Virus record (IMG/VR): IMGVR_UViG_3300049571_000380
Coordinates: 96,001-160,000 of that record
From: a virus
Length of the DNA stretch: 64,000 nt
Reading direction: 5' to 3' (one strand)
In this document: piece after piece, positions 28,828 to 38,607 of the stretch
How positions within the stretch are numbered: position 1 is the first letter of the stretch
Layout: each line of letters starts with the position of its first letter
The notes under the pieces: generated by a model
The model's database searches: none
Seen by the model: the letters and a program-made list of their open reading frames with translations, nothing else
What the model was told of the DNA's origin: nothing
Translations under genes and position numbers: made by a program

Positions 28828-29294
28828 CAGCCGTTGATCCTTCCGAGGTAGACCTTCCGGCCGCCGTACTTGTACTCGGAGACGGGGGCGACGACGACCT
28901 TGTACCCCCGGTAGGAGCCGGAGTTGGCGTTCAGGATCTTGTCGCCGCCGACATAGATGCCCACGTGCTTGATGTTCGAGGATGAGGTGCCGAAGAAGAC
29001 CAGGTCGCCCTTCGCACGCTTGCTCCAGGAGAGCTTCGAGGACTTGTTGTACTGGCCCTGAGCGGTGCGCGGGAGCGTCTTGCCGTTCTTCTTGTACGAG
29101 TAGTACGTGAGGCCCGAGCAGTCGAAGGCGTTCGGACCGGCGGCGCCGCCCTTGTAGGGGTCCCCCTTCTGGGCGGTGGCCGTACTCAGGGCCTTCGTGC
29201 GTATCGGGGTCGCCGCACTGGAGCTGGGGGCCACGGTCAGCACCAGCCCTCCCGCGAGCGCGGTGGACAGGGCGACGGTCGTGAGCTTCTGCAT
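28827..29294 (-). CDS. Secreted NlpC/P60 peptidase (second copy)
   Basis: Signal peptide; KGDPYKGGAAGPNAFDCSGL, GDLVFF, HVGIY. Confidence 0.9.
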   Translation of the reverse strand: MQKLTTVALSTALAGGLVLTVAPSSSAATPIRTKALSTATAQKGDPYKGGAAGPNAFDCSGLTYYSYKKNGKTLPRTAQGQYNKSSKLSWSKRAKGDLVFFGTSSSNIKHVGIYVGGDKILNANSGSYRGYKVVVAPVSEYKYGGRKVYLGRING

Positions 29295-29354
29295 GGTGCG
29301 ATCTCCTTGGATTCCGAGGTTCTTCCGGATGTTCGGGCTGGAATTCGAGCCGAA

Positions 29355-29819
29355 CTACCAGCTCATTCCTTCGGGGCTGAAGTAGACGGGGATGCCTGCC
29401 GCTCGCGCCTTGTCCACGCAGTCAGCGGTGCCATGCGTGGGGTGCTCGCCGGGCAGGCACCAGGGGGCGTTCTTGCGGCAGGGGAGCGCCCAGGCCATCA
29501 GGGCGTCCATACCGGCGTCGACCATCTCCTGGTTGCGCAGGAAGCCAGCCTGGTTGCCGTGGCGCCCCCAGTCGGCCGGGTGCGGGTCCTCAAGGACCAG
29601 GTGGTCCGGGAGCCGGGCCGTCCAGTCGCTGACGTGCCGGTCGACCCCCCGCTTGGCCTTGCCGTTTCTCACGAGCAGCCGCTTGCGGTGCCGCAGCATC
29701 TGCGTGAGCGGGATCCATACGGACGACCTGGTGGCCCAGTCCCTGGACCCGGCCACCCCCAGAACGAATCGGGGGTTGGCGCTCAACCATGCTGCCAGTT
29801 CGGCATCTTGGGCGTTCAC
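29355..29819 (-). CDS. SLOG-superfamily (YspA/DUF2493-like) protein
   Basis: GVAGSRDW, AGFLRNQEMVD, HGTADCVDKARAAGIPV. Confidence 0.75.
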   Translation of the reverse strand: MNAQDAELAAWLSANPRFVLGVAGSRDWATRSSVWIPLTQMLRHRKRLLVRNGKAKRGVDRHVSDWTARLPDHLVLEDPHPADWGRHGNQAGFLRNQEMVDAGMDALMAWALPCRKNAPWCLPGEHPTHGTADCVDKARAAGIPVYFSPEGMSW

Positions 29820-29835
29820 GTGCCTCCTCTCGAAC

Positions 29836-29845
29836 GGCCTAGGCC
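29836..29845. promoter_or_regulatory. GGCCTAGGCC operator between the -10 (TAGGAT) and the RBS of the SLOG gene
   Basis: Perfect palindrome; a second palindrome tggcctac-N7-gtaggcca lies at 29858-29880. Confidence 0.65.
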
Positions 29846-29896
29846 GATCCTACCCGATGGCCTACTTCTCAGGTAGGCCACTTCATGAGGAGGTTT

Positions 29897-30165
29897 GTCC
29901 AGATTCGTGGCGATTCCTGCTCTGTACGAATCACTGCGAACTCCTGCGAATCGGGCATACCGGACCACTTTTTATGGATCTCCGACACGCTACAGCAGGG
30001 CAGAACTGGTCAATCTGGACAGTCCGAATCACCCTATTCGCCTGATTCGTCGACTACCGTTCGGTAACTTTTCTTCCGAGATTCGGGCGCCTTCCGGGCC
30101 TGTTCTTGTTACTTCTCGGTAGCTTCTCTTCGGGTTCGGGCCGAAGGAAAGTTACTGAACGGTAG
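29897..30165 (+). ncRNA. Candidate structured ncRNA (or origin-like element)
   Basis: 23-bp stem 30054-30076/30143-30165 fully paired on the + strand with two G-U pairs; stem 29898-29907/30012-30021; lower GC; no credible ORF. Confidence 0.35.
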
Positions 30166-30180
30166 GCGGATGACACGCGA

Positions 30181-30206
30181 AAGGCCCGCCGGTCTCCCAG
30201 CGGGCC
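30181..30206 (-). terminator. Intrinsic terminator
   Basis: aggcccgc / gcgggcct stem followed by TTT on the minus strand. Confidence 0.6.
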
Positions 30207-30210
30207 TCGT

Positions 30211-30495
30211 TCAGCCGTACGCGATCCAGTCGGGGATTACTGTCGGCTGGATGACGGACTCCTCCACCATGAACCCGAAGTCGTCACGGCGGATCCTGCC
30301 GTCCTCGGTGCGCATGAACCGGTCGATGTGGACACCTTCCTCGTCCCGCCAGATCTCGGGCCACAACGGCACGTCCGTCGGGTCCACCCCGCACGAGGCG
30401 AGCATGGCGAGTACGTCAGCTCTCCGCTTCTCCAGGAGGGCGCGAGCCGCATCGGAGATCCAGGCCCGGTATCGCGTTCTCAGATCGTTCCTCAT
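30211..30495 (-). CDS. Hypothetical protein
   Basis: ORF from MRNDLR with RBS. Confidence 0.45.
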   Translation of the reverse strand: MRNDLRTRYRAWISDAARALLEKRRADVLAMLASCGVDPTDVPLWPEIWRDEEGVHIDRFMRTEDGRIRRDDFGFMVEESVIQPTVIPDWIAYG

Positions 30496-30553
30496 CCGCT
30501 CCCTTTCATGCCGAAGAGGGGCACGGCATCGAGCCGTGCCCCTCCAGGGTTTC

Positions 30554-30968
30554 TCAGTTGAACTGCACTTCGGTTCCGTCGGGCCACATGAAGCGGGCCT
30601 TCTCCTTGCGTACGCCGTCCTTGTCGGCGACGACGCGCCAGATGTCACCGGCCCACTCGCCGTCGACCACCATCACGCCCTGAACCGTTCTGCCGATCTC
30701 GGCCATCTCGGCGACCAGCTTCTTCACGTCCTTCTCCAGGTCGCGGCAGTCGAAGGACTCGCGCCACGGGATGGCTGCGTTCGACGTGAAGATGGTGGAG
30801 ATGCCGGTGTCGGTCTCCTCTTCGGAACGTTCCACGCTCAGGACCACACTCGGGTCGTCGCGGGAGTCCGGCTTGTTGTCCAGGTAGAACCGGCTGTCCT
30901 TGATCTCCGACCACGGAAGCGGCGGATCGATCGTGAACACCCCGCTCACCGATCCGGTGTAGTTCAAC
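30554..30968 (-). CDS. Hypothetical protein
   Basis: NYTGSVSGVFTIDPPLPW...FMWPDG; start approximate. Confidence 0.45.
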
Positions 30969-31055
30969 GCCTTCCCCTCTCCCTCAGAAACAGGAACACG
31001 CGAGCGGCCACCCCGGAACCAGCCAGGGTGGCCACCCACTCGATCGCGTACGACA

Positions 31056-31718
31056 TCAGCCTTTGGTGCACAGCGGGAAGAGCTTGCTCTTCTTCCCGGC
31101 CGGGATCTTGGCCTTCAGGCAGTTGTCGTAGTCGACCTTCCGCACGTCCTGCTCGTACAGGTTGCCGTCGTCGGCCAGGACGAAGATCTCGTACTCCGTC
31201 TCGCAGCCCTTCGGCTTGAACTTGTACTTCAGCTTGGGGAGCTTCTTGCTCTTCAGCTTCTCCGGCTTCTCCGGCTTCTTCTTCAGCTTGACGCCCTTGT
31301 TCTTGACCGACGGCGTGGGCGAAGGGCTGGAGCTGCGCTGCGTCGTTCCGGAGCCGGTCGACGGCGCCTTGGAGGGGGGGGCCGAAGCAGCATTCGACGG
31401 CGCCTTGGACGTGGTGGTGCCGGAAGCCCGGTTCTGCTGCTGCCGGTTGTTCGTGGTGGTGGTGTTGTTGGAGCTGGAGCTGCTGCTGTCCGAGTTGGAC
31501 GAGCTGCCGGAGTTCTTGCTGCTGCTCTTGCTGCCGCCACCCTTGCCGGTCACGAACGCAACGGCGTCCATGGACAGCTCGTTGGGGCAGTCGTAGTCGA
31601 CCTGCTGTCCCTGCACGAGGCCGGAAACCTTGTAGTCGTAGGTCTCCGTACCACACGCGGAGACGGCCAGGATGATGCCAGCGGCCCCAGATGCGATCTT
31701 CACGGTCTTCTTGTTCAC
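31056..31718 (-). CDS. Lipoprotein with a Ser/Asn/Thr-rich linker and Lys-rich C-terminus
   Basis: Lipobox LAVSAC; low-complexity spacer; start moved to GTG (VNKKTV). Confidence 0.65.
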   Translation of the reverse strand: MNKKTVKIASGAAGIILAVSACGTETYDYKVSGLVQGQQVDYDCPNELSMDAVAFVTGKGGGSKSSSKNSGSSSNSDSSSSSSNNTTTTNNRQQQNRASGTTTSKAPSNAASAPPSKAPSTGSGTTQRSSSPSPTPSVKNKGVKLKKKPEKPEKLKSKKLPKLKYKFKPKGCETEYEIFVLADDGNLYEQDVRKVDYDNCLKAKIPAGKKSKLFPLCTKG

Positions 31719-31826
31719 GGTCAATCCCCTTTCCTGGAAACAGTATTGCAGGAAAGTGGGAAGTTGTCGAGTCGCTTCTTCGTAGATCCGTGCGAAGCTA
31801 TCCCTGTCACACGGAAGGAGGAACCC

Positions 31827-32912
31827 GTGTCTGCACCGATGAGCGCAGCCAGGTTTCTGGCCGCTCTGAAGGCCGAAGGTGTCGACGTCGTCGAGGTCGG
31901 CGACTGGGAGCACCACAACCGCAACAGCAAGGGTGCATGGGGTCCCGTGCACGGCGTGATGATCCACCACACCGTGACCAGCGGCACCCAGAACACCGTC
32001 AACATCGTCAAGAACGGGTACTCGGGACTGCCCGGCCCGCTCTGTCACGGCATGATCGCCAAGAGCGGCAAGGTCTACCTGGTTGGCTACGGCCGTGCCA
32101 ACCACGCGGGCCTGGGCGACGACGACGTGCTGCGCGCCGTCATCAACGAGACCGACGCACCGGCCGACAACGAGGCCAACACCGACGGCAACAGGGCCTT
32201 CTACGGCTTCGAGTGCGAGAACAAGGGCGACGGCAAGGACCCCTGGCCCGCAGCCCAGCTCGAAGCCATCGAGCGTGTCTCCGCAGCCATCTGCCGGGCG
32301 CACGGCTGGGGCCCCCTGTCGGTCATCGGCCACCTGGAGTGGCAGCCGGGCAAGGTGGACCCGCGCGGGTTCACGATGGACTCGATGCGCAGCCGCATCA
32401 GGGCCCGCCTGGCGGTCAACCCGAGCAAGCCGACCCCGCCGCCCTCGACGGGCACCACCTACACGGTGAAGCCCGGTGACACCCTGAGCGGCATCGCGAA
32501 GGCCCTCGGCGTGACGGTCGATGCCCTCTTCCAGGCGAACCGGGACAGGATCAAGGACAAGGACGAGATCTTCCCCGGTCAGGAGCTGGTCGTCCCGAAG
32601 GGGTCCGGGCTGCCGAAGCCGGTCAAGCCGAAGGTGGACCTGTCGCAGCTCGTCGCGGCTGCCCGCTCGAACCCGAAGGCTTCCGGCCAGCCGGTCACCT
32701 ACGCGGGCGTCAAGACGGTCGAGGCCGCCCTGGTGGACGAAGGGCTCCTGTCCAAGACGTACTCGGACGGGCACTACGGAACCACCACCGTGAGCGCATA
32801 CGCCGCCTGGCAGAGGCGCTGCGGGTACACCGGAAGTGACGCCGATGGCATCCCCGGAAAGTCGAGTCTCACTAGGCTCGGCGACAAGCACGGTTTCACT
32901 GTCGTCGCGTGA
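31827..32912 (+). CDS. Endolysin: N-acetylmuramoyl-L-alanine amidase + LysM + peptidoglycan-binding domain
   Basis: GVMIHHT, GRANHAG, YGFECEN, IGHLEW, KVDP; LysM YTVKPGDTLSGIA...IFPGQELVVP; DGHYGTTT/DGIPGKSS. Confidence 0.92.
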   Translation: MSAPMSAARFLAALKAEGVDVVEVGDWEHHNRNSKGAWGPVHGVMIHHTVTSGTQNTVNIVKNGYSGLPGPLCHGMIAKSGKVYLVGYGRANHAGLGDDDVLRAVINETDAPADNEANTDGNRAFYGFECENKGDGKDPWPAAQLEAIERVSAAICRAHGWGPLSVIGHLEWQPGKVDPRGFTMDSMRSRIRARLAVNPSKPTPPPSTGTTYTVKPGDTLSGIAKALGVTVDALFQANRDRIKDKDEIFPGQELVVPKGSGLPKPVKPKVDLSQLVAAARSNPKASGQPVTYAGVKTVEAALVDEGLLSKTYSDGHYGTTTVSAYAAWQRRCGYTGSDADGIPGKSSLTRLGDKHGFTVVA

Positions 32913-32929
32913 CCACGAAAGGTGGCCAA

Positions 32930-33307
32930 ATGCGTATCTTCGGTCGTGAGCCGGTGTACATCCTGGCTTTCGTCGCCGTCGCCCTGAAGCTGGGGTCGGC
33001 GTACGGGCTGGATGTCTCCGATGAAATGCAGGGCGCCATCATGGCGTTCCTGAGCCTGGTGGTCGCGCTCGTCGAGGCGGTCGTCCTGAAGACCGGTGCC
33101 GTCGGCGCCGCCGTGATCAACCTGGCACAGGGTGCCCTGGCCCTCTTCCTCGCCTTCGGGCTGGACATGAGCGCAGAGCAGCAGGCCCTGTGGATGCTGA
33201 TCGTCGAGAGTGCGGTCGCGCTGTGGCTGCGTGAGAAGGTCACGGCACCGGTCGTCTCCGTACCGATCGAACAGAAGGCGCCCGCCGCCCTCAGCCGGGC
33301 GGCCTGA
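32930..33307 (+). CDS. Holin
   Basis: MRIFGREPV start, several TM segments, immediately downstream of the endolysin. Confidence 0.75.
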   Translation: MRIFGREPVYILAFVAVALKLGSAYGLDVSDEMQGAIMAFLSLVVALVEAVVLKTGAVGAAVINLAQGALALFLAFGLDMSAEQQALWMLIVESAVALWLREKVTAPVVSVPIEQKAPAALSRAA

Positions 33308-33741
33308 TGGCCACGGCGATCCGGCGGCTGTACAAGAGGCTGGGTCGCCGTGGCACCGCACTCGTACTCCTGGGCCTGGGCAAGGTGTGCTTCGGCCTGG
33401 GGTACGCCCTCGATCCGGGCCCGAGCCCGGCAGGTCTGGGGCTCCTCGACAGGCATGGCGGCGTTCAGTGCTGGTCGTCGGTCTGGATCATCTGCGGCGC
33501 CATCACCTTCGGGTGTGCCTGGCTCCGCATCGGGAGGGATTGGCTCGGTTTCTTCACCGCGCTGACCCCTCCCCTGGTGTGGGGTTCCACGTTCCTCTGG
33601 AGTGCGGTCTCCGGCGAATATCCCAGAGGGTTCGCCCTCGCCGTGTGGTACGCGATAAGCCACATCGGCATCATCCTGTGGGCTGCGGCGGTACCCGAGT
33701 ACTCCGTGCCCCGCCAGACCCTCCAGAAGGAGCGAAGATGA
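33307..33741 (+). CDS. Lysis-cassette membrane protein (4 TM)
   Basis: Hydrophobic segments; coupled to the holin. Confidence 0.6.
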   Translation: MATAIRRLYKRLGRRGTALVLLGLGKVCFGLGYALDPGPSPAGLGLLDRHGGVQCWSSVWIICGAITFGCAWLRIGRDWLGFFTALTPPLVWGSTFLWSAVSGEYPRGFALAVWYAISHIGIILWAAAVPEYSVPRQTLQKERR

Positions 33742-34112
33742 GCGAAAACTGGGGGGCTGTCCTGCCCGTCGTCGGGGCCGTCCTGGGAGCAGTCGCGCTC
33801 CTCGGTTCTGGCCTTTTTGCCGCCCGCGCAACCAAGGCGGCAGCCAAGATGACCGCCGAGGCCCAGCGGGCGACCGCCCTGGCCAACGCGGAACCGGCTC
33901 AGCGGCAGCAGGATCTGGCGACGTTCCGGGAGATCCGGGACGGCCTCGAACGGAAGCTGGAGCGGCACGAGGGGCGCATCGACAGCCTCACGTCGCTGGT
34001 CCGGGCGTTCTCCTGGTACGTCTCGGAGCTGACCGGACAGATGCGCTCGCACGGCATCGAGCCCCCGGCTCCGCCGGAGAGGATCGTCGAGTACAACCGC
34101 AACGGAACCTGA
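33738..34112 (+). CDS. Lysis-cassette TM + coiled-coil protein
   Basis: N-terminal TM, heptad region, GIEPP tail typical of actinophage lysis-adjacent genes. Confidence 0.6.
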   Translation: MSENWGAVLPVVGAVLGAVALLGSGLFAARATKAAAKMTAEAQRATALANAEPAQRQQDLATFREIRDGLERKLERHEGRIDSLTSLVRAFSWYVSELTGQMRSHGIEPPAPPERIVEYNRNGT

Positions 34113-34113
34113 C

Positions 34114-34145
34114 GAAGGGCCCGGCCGGGGGAGGTCGGGCCCTTC
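34114..34145. terminator. Hairpin terminator between convergent units
   Basis: gaagggcccg / cgggcccttc inverted repeat. Confidence 0.65.
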
Positions 34146-34150
34146 TGAGT

Positions 34151-34426
34151 TCAGCGCCTGCGCAGGGCTCCGCCGTTCACGATGGAGCCACGGGGGAGAC
34201 CTGACTCGCCCGGCTTGCCGTCGTTCATGCGGAGGTACCCCTTCACACCGGAGCCGCCCGACGCGGTGCTCCCCGGGACGGTCCGCCGATCGCCCCAGGG
34301 CAAGTCGGGGAACTCGGTCCGGGCCTTGGCCAGGCGCCCGCTGACCGTCTGCGGGGAGCAGTCGAACGCGATGGAGAGGTCAAGCTGGGATTCCCCGGCC
34401 AGCCATCGTTCCGCGAGCACGCGGTT
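34151..34426 (-). CDS. Small HTH protein
   Basis: LAERWLAGESQLDLSIAFDCSPQTVSGRL; start approximate. Confidence 0.5.
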   Translation of the reverse strand, partial: NRVLAERWLAGESQLDLSIAFDCSPQTVSGRLAKARTEFPDLPWGDRRTVPGSTASGGSGVKGYLRMNDGKPGESGLPRGSIVNGGALRRR

Positions 34427-34443
34427 GTCGATGTCCGGCCTCT

Positions 34444-34986
34444 TCACTCGTCCGTCCACTGCACCCCCTTTGCCCACCCCGCCTTGTGCTCCCTGAGTTC
34501 GGTGGTCAGGGACGGGTTCACAATTCTCAGGATCTCGTAGATGTCCGAGGCGTGCAGGTGCGGCCACATCATCTGCCGGGCTTCTCGGTACTTGCCCTCC
34601 AGGCGCTCTCGGGTGGCTCCGTCGAGGTGCTTGAGGCGGTCAGGCAGGGAATTGTGGGCGTTGTCGCTGGTCTTCACCAGCATGGCCGCGTAGCCGCCCG
34701 CGATGACCCGCTCGATCTGCTCGCGCTTTGTCGAGCCCGGCACCTTCGTGACTGCGTCGATGATCTCCAGGGAGATCTCGGTGACGCCTGCCGCTCGCAG
34801 TGATTCCAGAGTCTCACTGGTGTCCTCGACGACGTCGTGCAGCACTCCGGCAACCCGAATGGGCTCGGAGAAAGACGCGAGACCGGCGGAGACCGCTCGC
34901 ACATGCTCGATGTACGGCACCCCGTTCTTGTCGAACTGATCCTTGTGTGCCTTGGTCGCGATGATGTCGGCCTCCCAGGTGCGCAT
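34444..34986 (-). CDS. HD-domain small alarmone hydrolase-like (RelA/SpoT HD, Mesh1-type) protein
   Basis: AHKDQFDKNGVPYIEHV, AGVLHDVVEDT, AVTK, VKTSDNAHN. Confidence 0.8.
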   Translation of the reverse strand: MRTWEADIIATKAHKDQFDKNGVPYIEHVRAVSAGLASFSEPIRVAGVLHDVVEDTSETLESLRAAGVTEISLEIIDAVTKVPGSTKREQIERVIAGGYAAMLVKTSDNAHNSLPDRLKHLDGATRERLEGKYREARQMMWPHLHASDIYEILRIVNPSLTTELREHKAGWAKGVQWTDE

Positions 34987-36632
34987 TACACATTCTCCTT
35001 TTCCGAGTCGTCCCGGTAGATCGATTTCATCCGGGCTCGCTTTTCCAGGTTGTTCACGTAAACCTCGTCGTCGATCGTGCCGACGGACGTGAAACGCCAG
35101 CGCTGTACCGGCGATGTCTGACCGGGTCGGTGCAGGCGCCCCTCCGCCTGTTCGTTCATCACGTTGTCCTCGGTGTACGAAACGATCGCCTCGTACCGGC
35201 AGACGTCCTTCAGCCAGTCGACGCCCTCCGACAGGGACTGAAGCTGGGCGATCAGCACCCGCCACTGCGTGCCGAAGCCGGATTCAATCTGCTTCCGCTT
35301 GGCCGCCGTGGTCTTCATCGTCCAGGCAACGGACTGCGCCCCGAGCGCCTTCTCCGCCATCCGGGCCCAGCGCGCCGAGTGCGTCCACACCAGCAAGGGC
35401 TCCTCCGGCGGCAGGTCGGCGAGGAGGTCGATCAGGGCCGTCAGCTTCGGCTGCGGGGCGTTCTCCTCGTAGGACACCTCCAGCTTGTCGACCGCGTAGG
35501 ACACATGGATCTTGAGCTGGCCCGTCTCCTCGTCGGTCTTCTCCTCCAGCACCTTGAGGTCGTACACCTTGGCGTCCATGCGCAGCTCGAAGTGCTTCTG
35601 CGGGGTCACCCAGCTCTTCTTCCGGGTGGTCACCTCATCGGCCCGGAGAGTCCCGAGTGCCGCCTGCCGCAGGCGGGTGCGCTGCTCGACAGGGAGCGGA
35701 GCCGCAACGGGCTGCTCGGCCAGCCACGCCAGCGACTGGCTTTCGAAGTCGCGGTACTGCTCAAGCTGCTCCGTGCCGAGCTGGACAAGGATCTCCCGCT
35801 CGATGACTGGGGGGAGCTGGTCGACGACCTCTTCCGTGCGGTACCGGACCACGGCCGGGATGTCGCGCCAGACGCCGCCGGGAACAAGCTCGTCCCCGAC
35901 GGTCTCCACCTCGACCTTCTTGCCCGCCTTGTAGTAGCTCTTGTCGTCCATGTGGAAGTGCCTGCGGGCCCAGTCGCGGAACGCCGGATACCTCTCGGGC
36001 CACACCAGGTTGAGCGGCGTCCACAGGCCCTCCGGCTTGTTGCCGCCCGGAGTCGCCGACAGGAGCAGCCAGCGGTCTGCCTTGATGCACTTCAGGACGT
36101 GCCGGGGAACACCGTGCCTGTTCACCATCCGGTGTGACTCGTCGAGGATGACGAGATCCCAGGTACCGGTCCTGGTCCACGGCGGGACGGTGCCCTCCTT
36201 CATCGCCTTCAGGGCCGCCGCCTTGGTGGCCTTGGGCTCCTTGGCCAGAGCGTTGCGTCCATTGGATGCCCGGCGCCGGATGTCCTCCGGGATGCCGCCG
36301 TGCATGGCGTTCCAGCCGATGATGAAGACGCCGGGCGGCTTGGTGCGGGAGGTCAGTGCCGACCAGTTCTCGGTGTCCTTGCGATGCGTGCCGAGCAGCC
36401 GGGTGAGGCCCTTCTCGGCGAGCGATGGGAACTGCTCCTCGAAGGTGCGCTGCCACTGGCCGAGGGTGTTGATCGGGGCGACGACGAGAACGCGAGGCAT
36501 GCGGCCGAGCTTGAGCAGGCGTACCGCCTCGACGCTGGTGACGGTCTTACCGGCACCGAGGCCGGAGGCGTTGATGCCACCTCCGGCCAGGATGCGCCGC
36601 GTCTCCTCCTGGTAGGGACGCAGGGTTTTCAC
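34986..36632 (-). CDS. SNF2-like SF2 helicase
   Basis: LRPYQ, GLGAGKT, ILDESH, LLLSATP, SEGVDW, QAEGRLHRPGQ. Confidence 0.88.
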   Translation of the reverse strand: MKTLRPYQEETRRILAGGGINASGLGAGKTVTSVEAVRLLKLGRMPRVLVVAPINTLGQWQRTFEEQFPSLAEKGLTRLLGTHRKDTENWSALTSRTKPPGVFIIGWNAMHGGIPEDIRRRASNGRNALAKEPKATKAAALKAMKEGTVPPWTRTGTWDLVILDESHRMVNRHGVPRHVLKCIKADRWLLLSATPGGNKPEGLWTPLNLVWPERYPAFRDWARRHFHMDDKSYYKAGKKVEVETVGDELVPGGVWRDIPAVVRYRTEEVVDQLPPVIEREILVQLGTEQLEQYRDFESQSLAWLAEQPVAAPLPVEQRTRLRQAALGTLRADEVTTRKKSWVTPQKHFELRMDAKVYDLKVLEEKTDEETGQLKIHVSYAVDKLEVSYEENAPQPKLTALIDLLADLPPEEPLLVWTHSARWARMAEKALGAQSVAWTMKTTAAKRKQIESGFGTQWRVLIAQLQSLSEGVDWLKDVCRYEAIVSYTEDNVMNEQAEGRLHRPGQTSPVQRWRFTSVGTIDDEVYVNNLEKRARMKSIYRDDSEKENV

Positions 36633-36906
36633 GCGCGCTTCTCCAGTTCGTTGACCGGTGCCTGGCCCTTCTGCCGCAGGTGCGCCTTCATGACGGTGGC
36701 GGCCACGGACTCGCTCACGTAGGTGTCGTTGGGCACGTCGCCGCTCAGGTCCACCCACGAGTAGCCGTCGTGGCTGTACTCCGCCTCGGGGTCGCGAGGG
36801 ACGTGGAACGTCCAGCCGACGACGCGCTTCGCCATCGGAAGGCCCGACGTGACGGGGCGGAAACCGCTCGCCCTGGGGTGGACCTTGGTCGCGTCCTCTT
36901 CGTGCT

Positions 36907-37233
36907 TCAGCACGGCTTCTCCTCCTGGTCTGCCGCCCGGCGGCGGGCGACTTCCTTGTAGGCGGCGCGCACCACCGCGTCGCCCCAGTCTTCCCTGATC
37001 GTTCGGATCGCCTGGTTCAGGCGGTCGCGCAGCTCGATGACCGCTTCCAGGTTCAGGTGCGGGTCGGGGCTGCCGTGATCACCCTTCTCGAAGTAGAGCC
37101 GCAGGTGCGGGTTCTCGGCGGCCGACGAGTCCTGAACGGTGAGCTTGCCGCCGTCACGCATGACGACCTTGCTGCCGCCGTACATCCGCAGGCCCCGGCC
37201 TCCGCCCATGTCGGAGGGTTCCTTCAGAGGCAT
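36907..37233 (-). CDS. Hypothetical protein
   Basis: 108-aa ORF in a run of coupled small genes. Confidence 0.5.
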   Translation of the reverse strand: MPLKEPSDMGGGRGLRMYGGSKVVMRDGGKLTVQDSSAAENPHLRLYFEKGDHGSPDPHLNLEAVIELRDRLNQAIRTIREDWGDAVVRAAYKEVARRRAADQEEKPC

Positions 37234-37666
37234 GCGAACACCGCCGCAGACTCGGCGTCACCCGCGAGGCCGAGGTCGCCCGCCATGTCGGCGAGGTCGT
37301 ACGGCCACATCTTGTTGGTGTACGTGATGACGACCGTGTCCCCGTCACGCTGGACGGAGTTCTTTCCGCGCCGCTCGGCGGGAACCTCCTCAGCCCTTCT
37401 CACGACCTCCTTGGCCGATTCCTCGTCCAGGCACACCAGCCGGACTTCCGGCAGCTTCTCACCCTCCATGGGCCTGCATCCTTTCCGCGTCGCGCAGCTT
37501 CCAGCTCAGGAACGCCACGGCCCCCTGCCGGGCGACCGCGTCCTCCATCGTGTGCGAGCTTTCACCCTCGGCTTCAGCCAGGAGTTCTCGTATGACCCTG
37601 ATGCGTTCCGGGTCGCTTTCCGTTTCGGCCATGGCGTTCCTTTCTCGCTGAGCGCCCAGCCTATTT

Positions 37667-37876
37667 CTAGCCGATCTGACTCAGCATCCCTGCGGTGCCC
37701 TTAACCGCGTCAAGAGCAACCTGACCGGTGTTCGTTCCTGCGATGAGAAGCCCGAAAACCAGCACCAGAACTGCCGTGACTTGCACACTGCCCGAGCTGC
37801 GCGGCTCCGACGAAGGGCGGAGGCGGAAGAACAGGACGATCGCGAGAAGTACCGCCAGGTCGATGTGGATGTTCAT
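37667..37876 (-). CDS. Small 2-TM membrane protein (Streptomyces plasmid/AICE-type)
   Basis: IDLAVLLAIVLFFRLR and VLVLVFGLLIAGT. Confidence 0.5.
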   Translation of the reverse strand: MNIHIDLAVLLAIVLFFRLRPSSEPRSSGSVQVTAVLVLVFGLLIAGTNTGQVALDAVKGTAGMLSQIG

Positions 37877-38109
37877 GGCCCCTCCTCGGGGCTACCGGCT
37901 CAGGACCGCCCTCACCCAGGAGGGCGAGAAGCAGTGGGACGGATGGTTGAACCCGATGCCGCAGCAGGTGCACAGCCGCAACCCGATGAACCAGTGCGAA
38001 ACCTGCGGGGGCCGGGTGTCGGCCGACTCACAGTGATCCGCTTCGACCTGCCCGCAGTTCGGGAAGAGGCAGTGGACTTCACCACGGAAGACGTGGTCCA
38101 CGATCAGCT

Positions 38110-38607
38110 TCAGTGCCACCTGCGCCGCACCTCCTCGATCAGCGGGAAAGTCTCGGGCGAGGTCATCATCTGGTGCGCATGAGCCACGCAACGTTCCAGG
38201 CTCTCGATCTTGTTTCCCTTGGACACAGCCAGGACGAACGGGGCCGCAAGTCCGCAGGGACCGAGCACCTTGTCGCCGAAGGCTTCGGTGAGTGCCGCCT
38301 TGCAGGTGCCGCCACGGTTGGACGTGGTGGCCACCCACTCGGTGACGAACTTCGGTATGGGGCGCACCTCGACCGCCGGGATTTCCAGGTGATCGCCCCA
38401 CGTGTCGACGTGAACCTCGGAGGTGTTCGGCTCCAGGTAGGACGCCTTCCAGTAACGGCCCTCATCCTGGAAGACGACGGACCACAGGGAGCCGTACTCC
38501 TGATGCTCAACGAACTCGCGATGCACGACGAGCTTGCTCATCCCCTCGACGGCGATGTGGTGACGTTCCAGCCACTCGACCGGGAAGATGCGGACGTTCG
38601 GCTTCAT
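38110..38607 (-). CDS. Hypothetical protein
   Basis: 165-aa ORF with RBS. Confidence 0.5.
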   Translation of the reverse strand: MKPNVRIFPVEWLERHHIAVEGMSKLVVHREFVEHQEYGSLWSVVFQDEGRYWKASYLEPNTSEVHVDTWGDHLEIPAVEVRPIPKFVTEWVATTSNRGGTCKAALTEAFGDKVLGPCGLAAPFVLAVSKGNKIESLERCVAHAHQMMTSPETFPLIEEVRRRWH

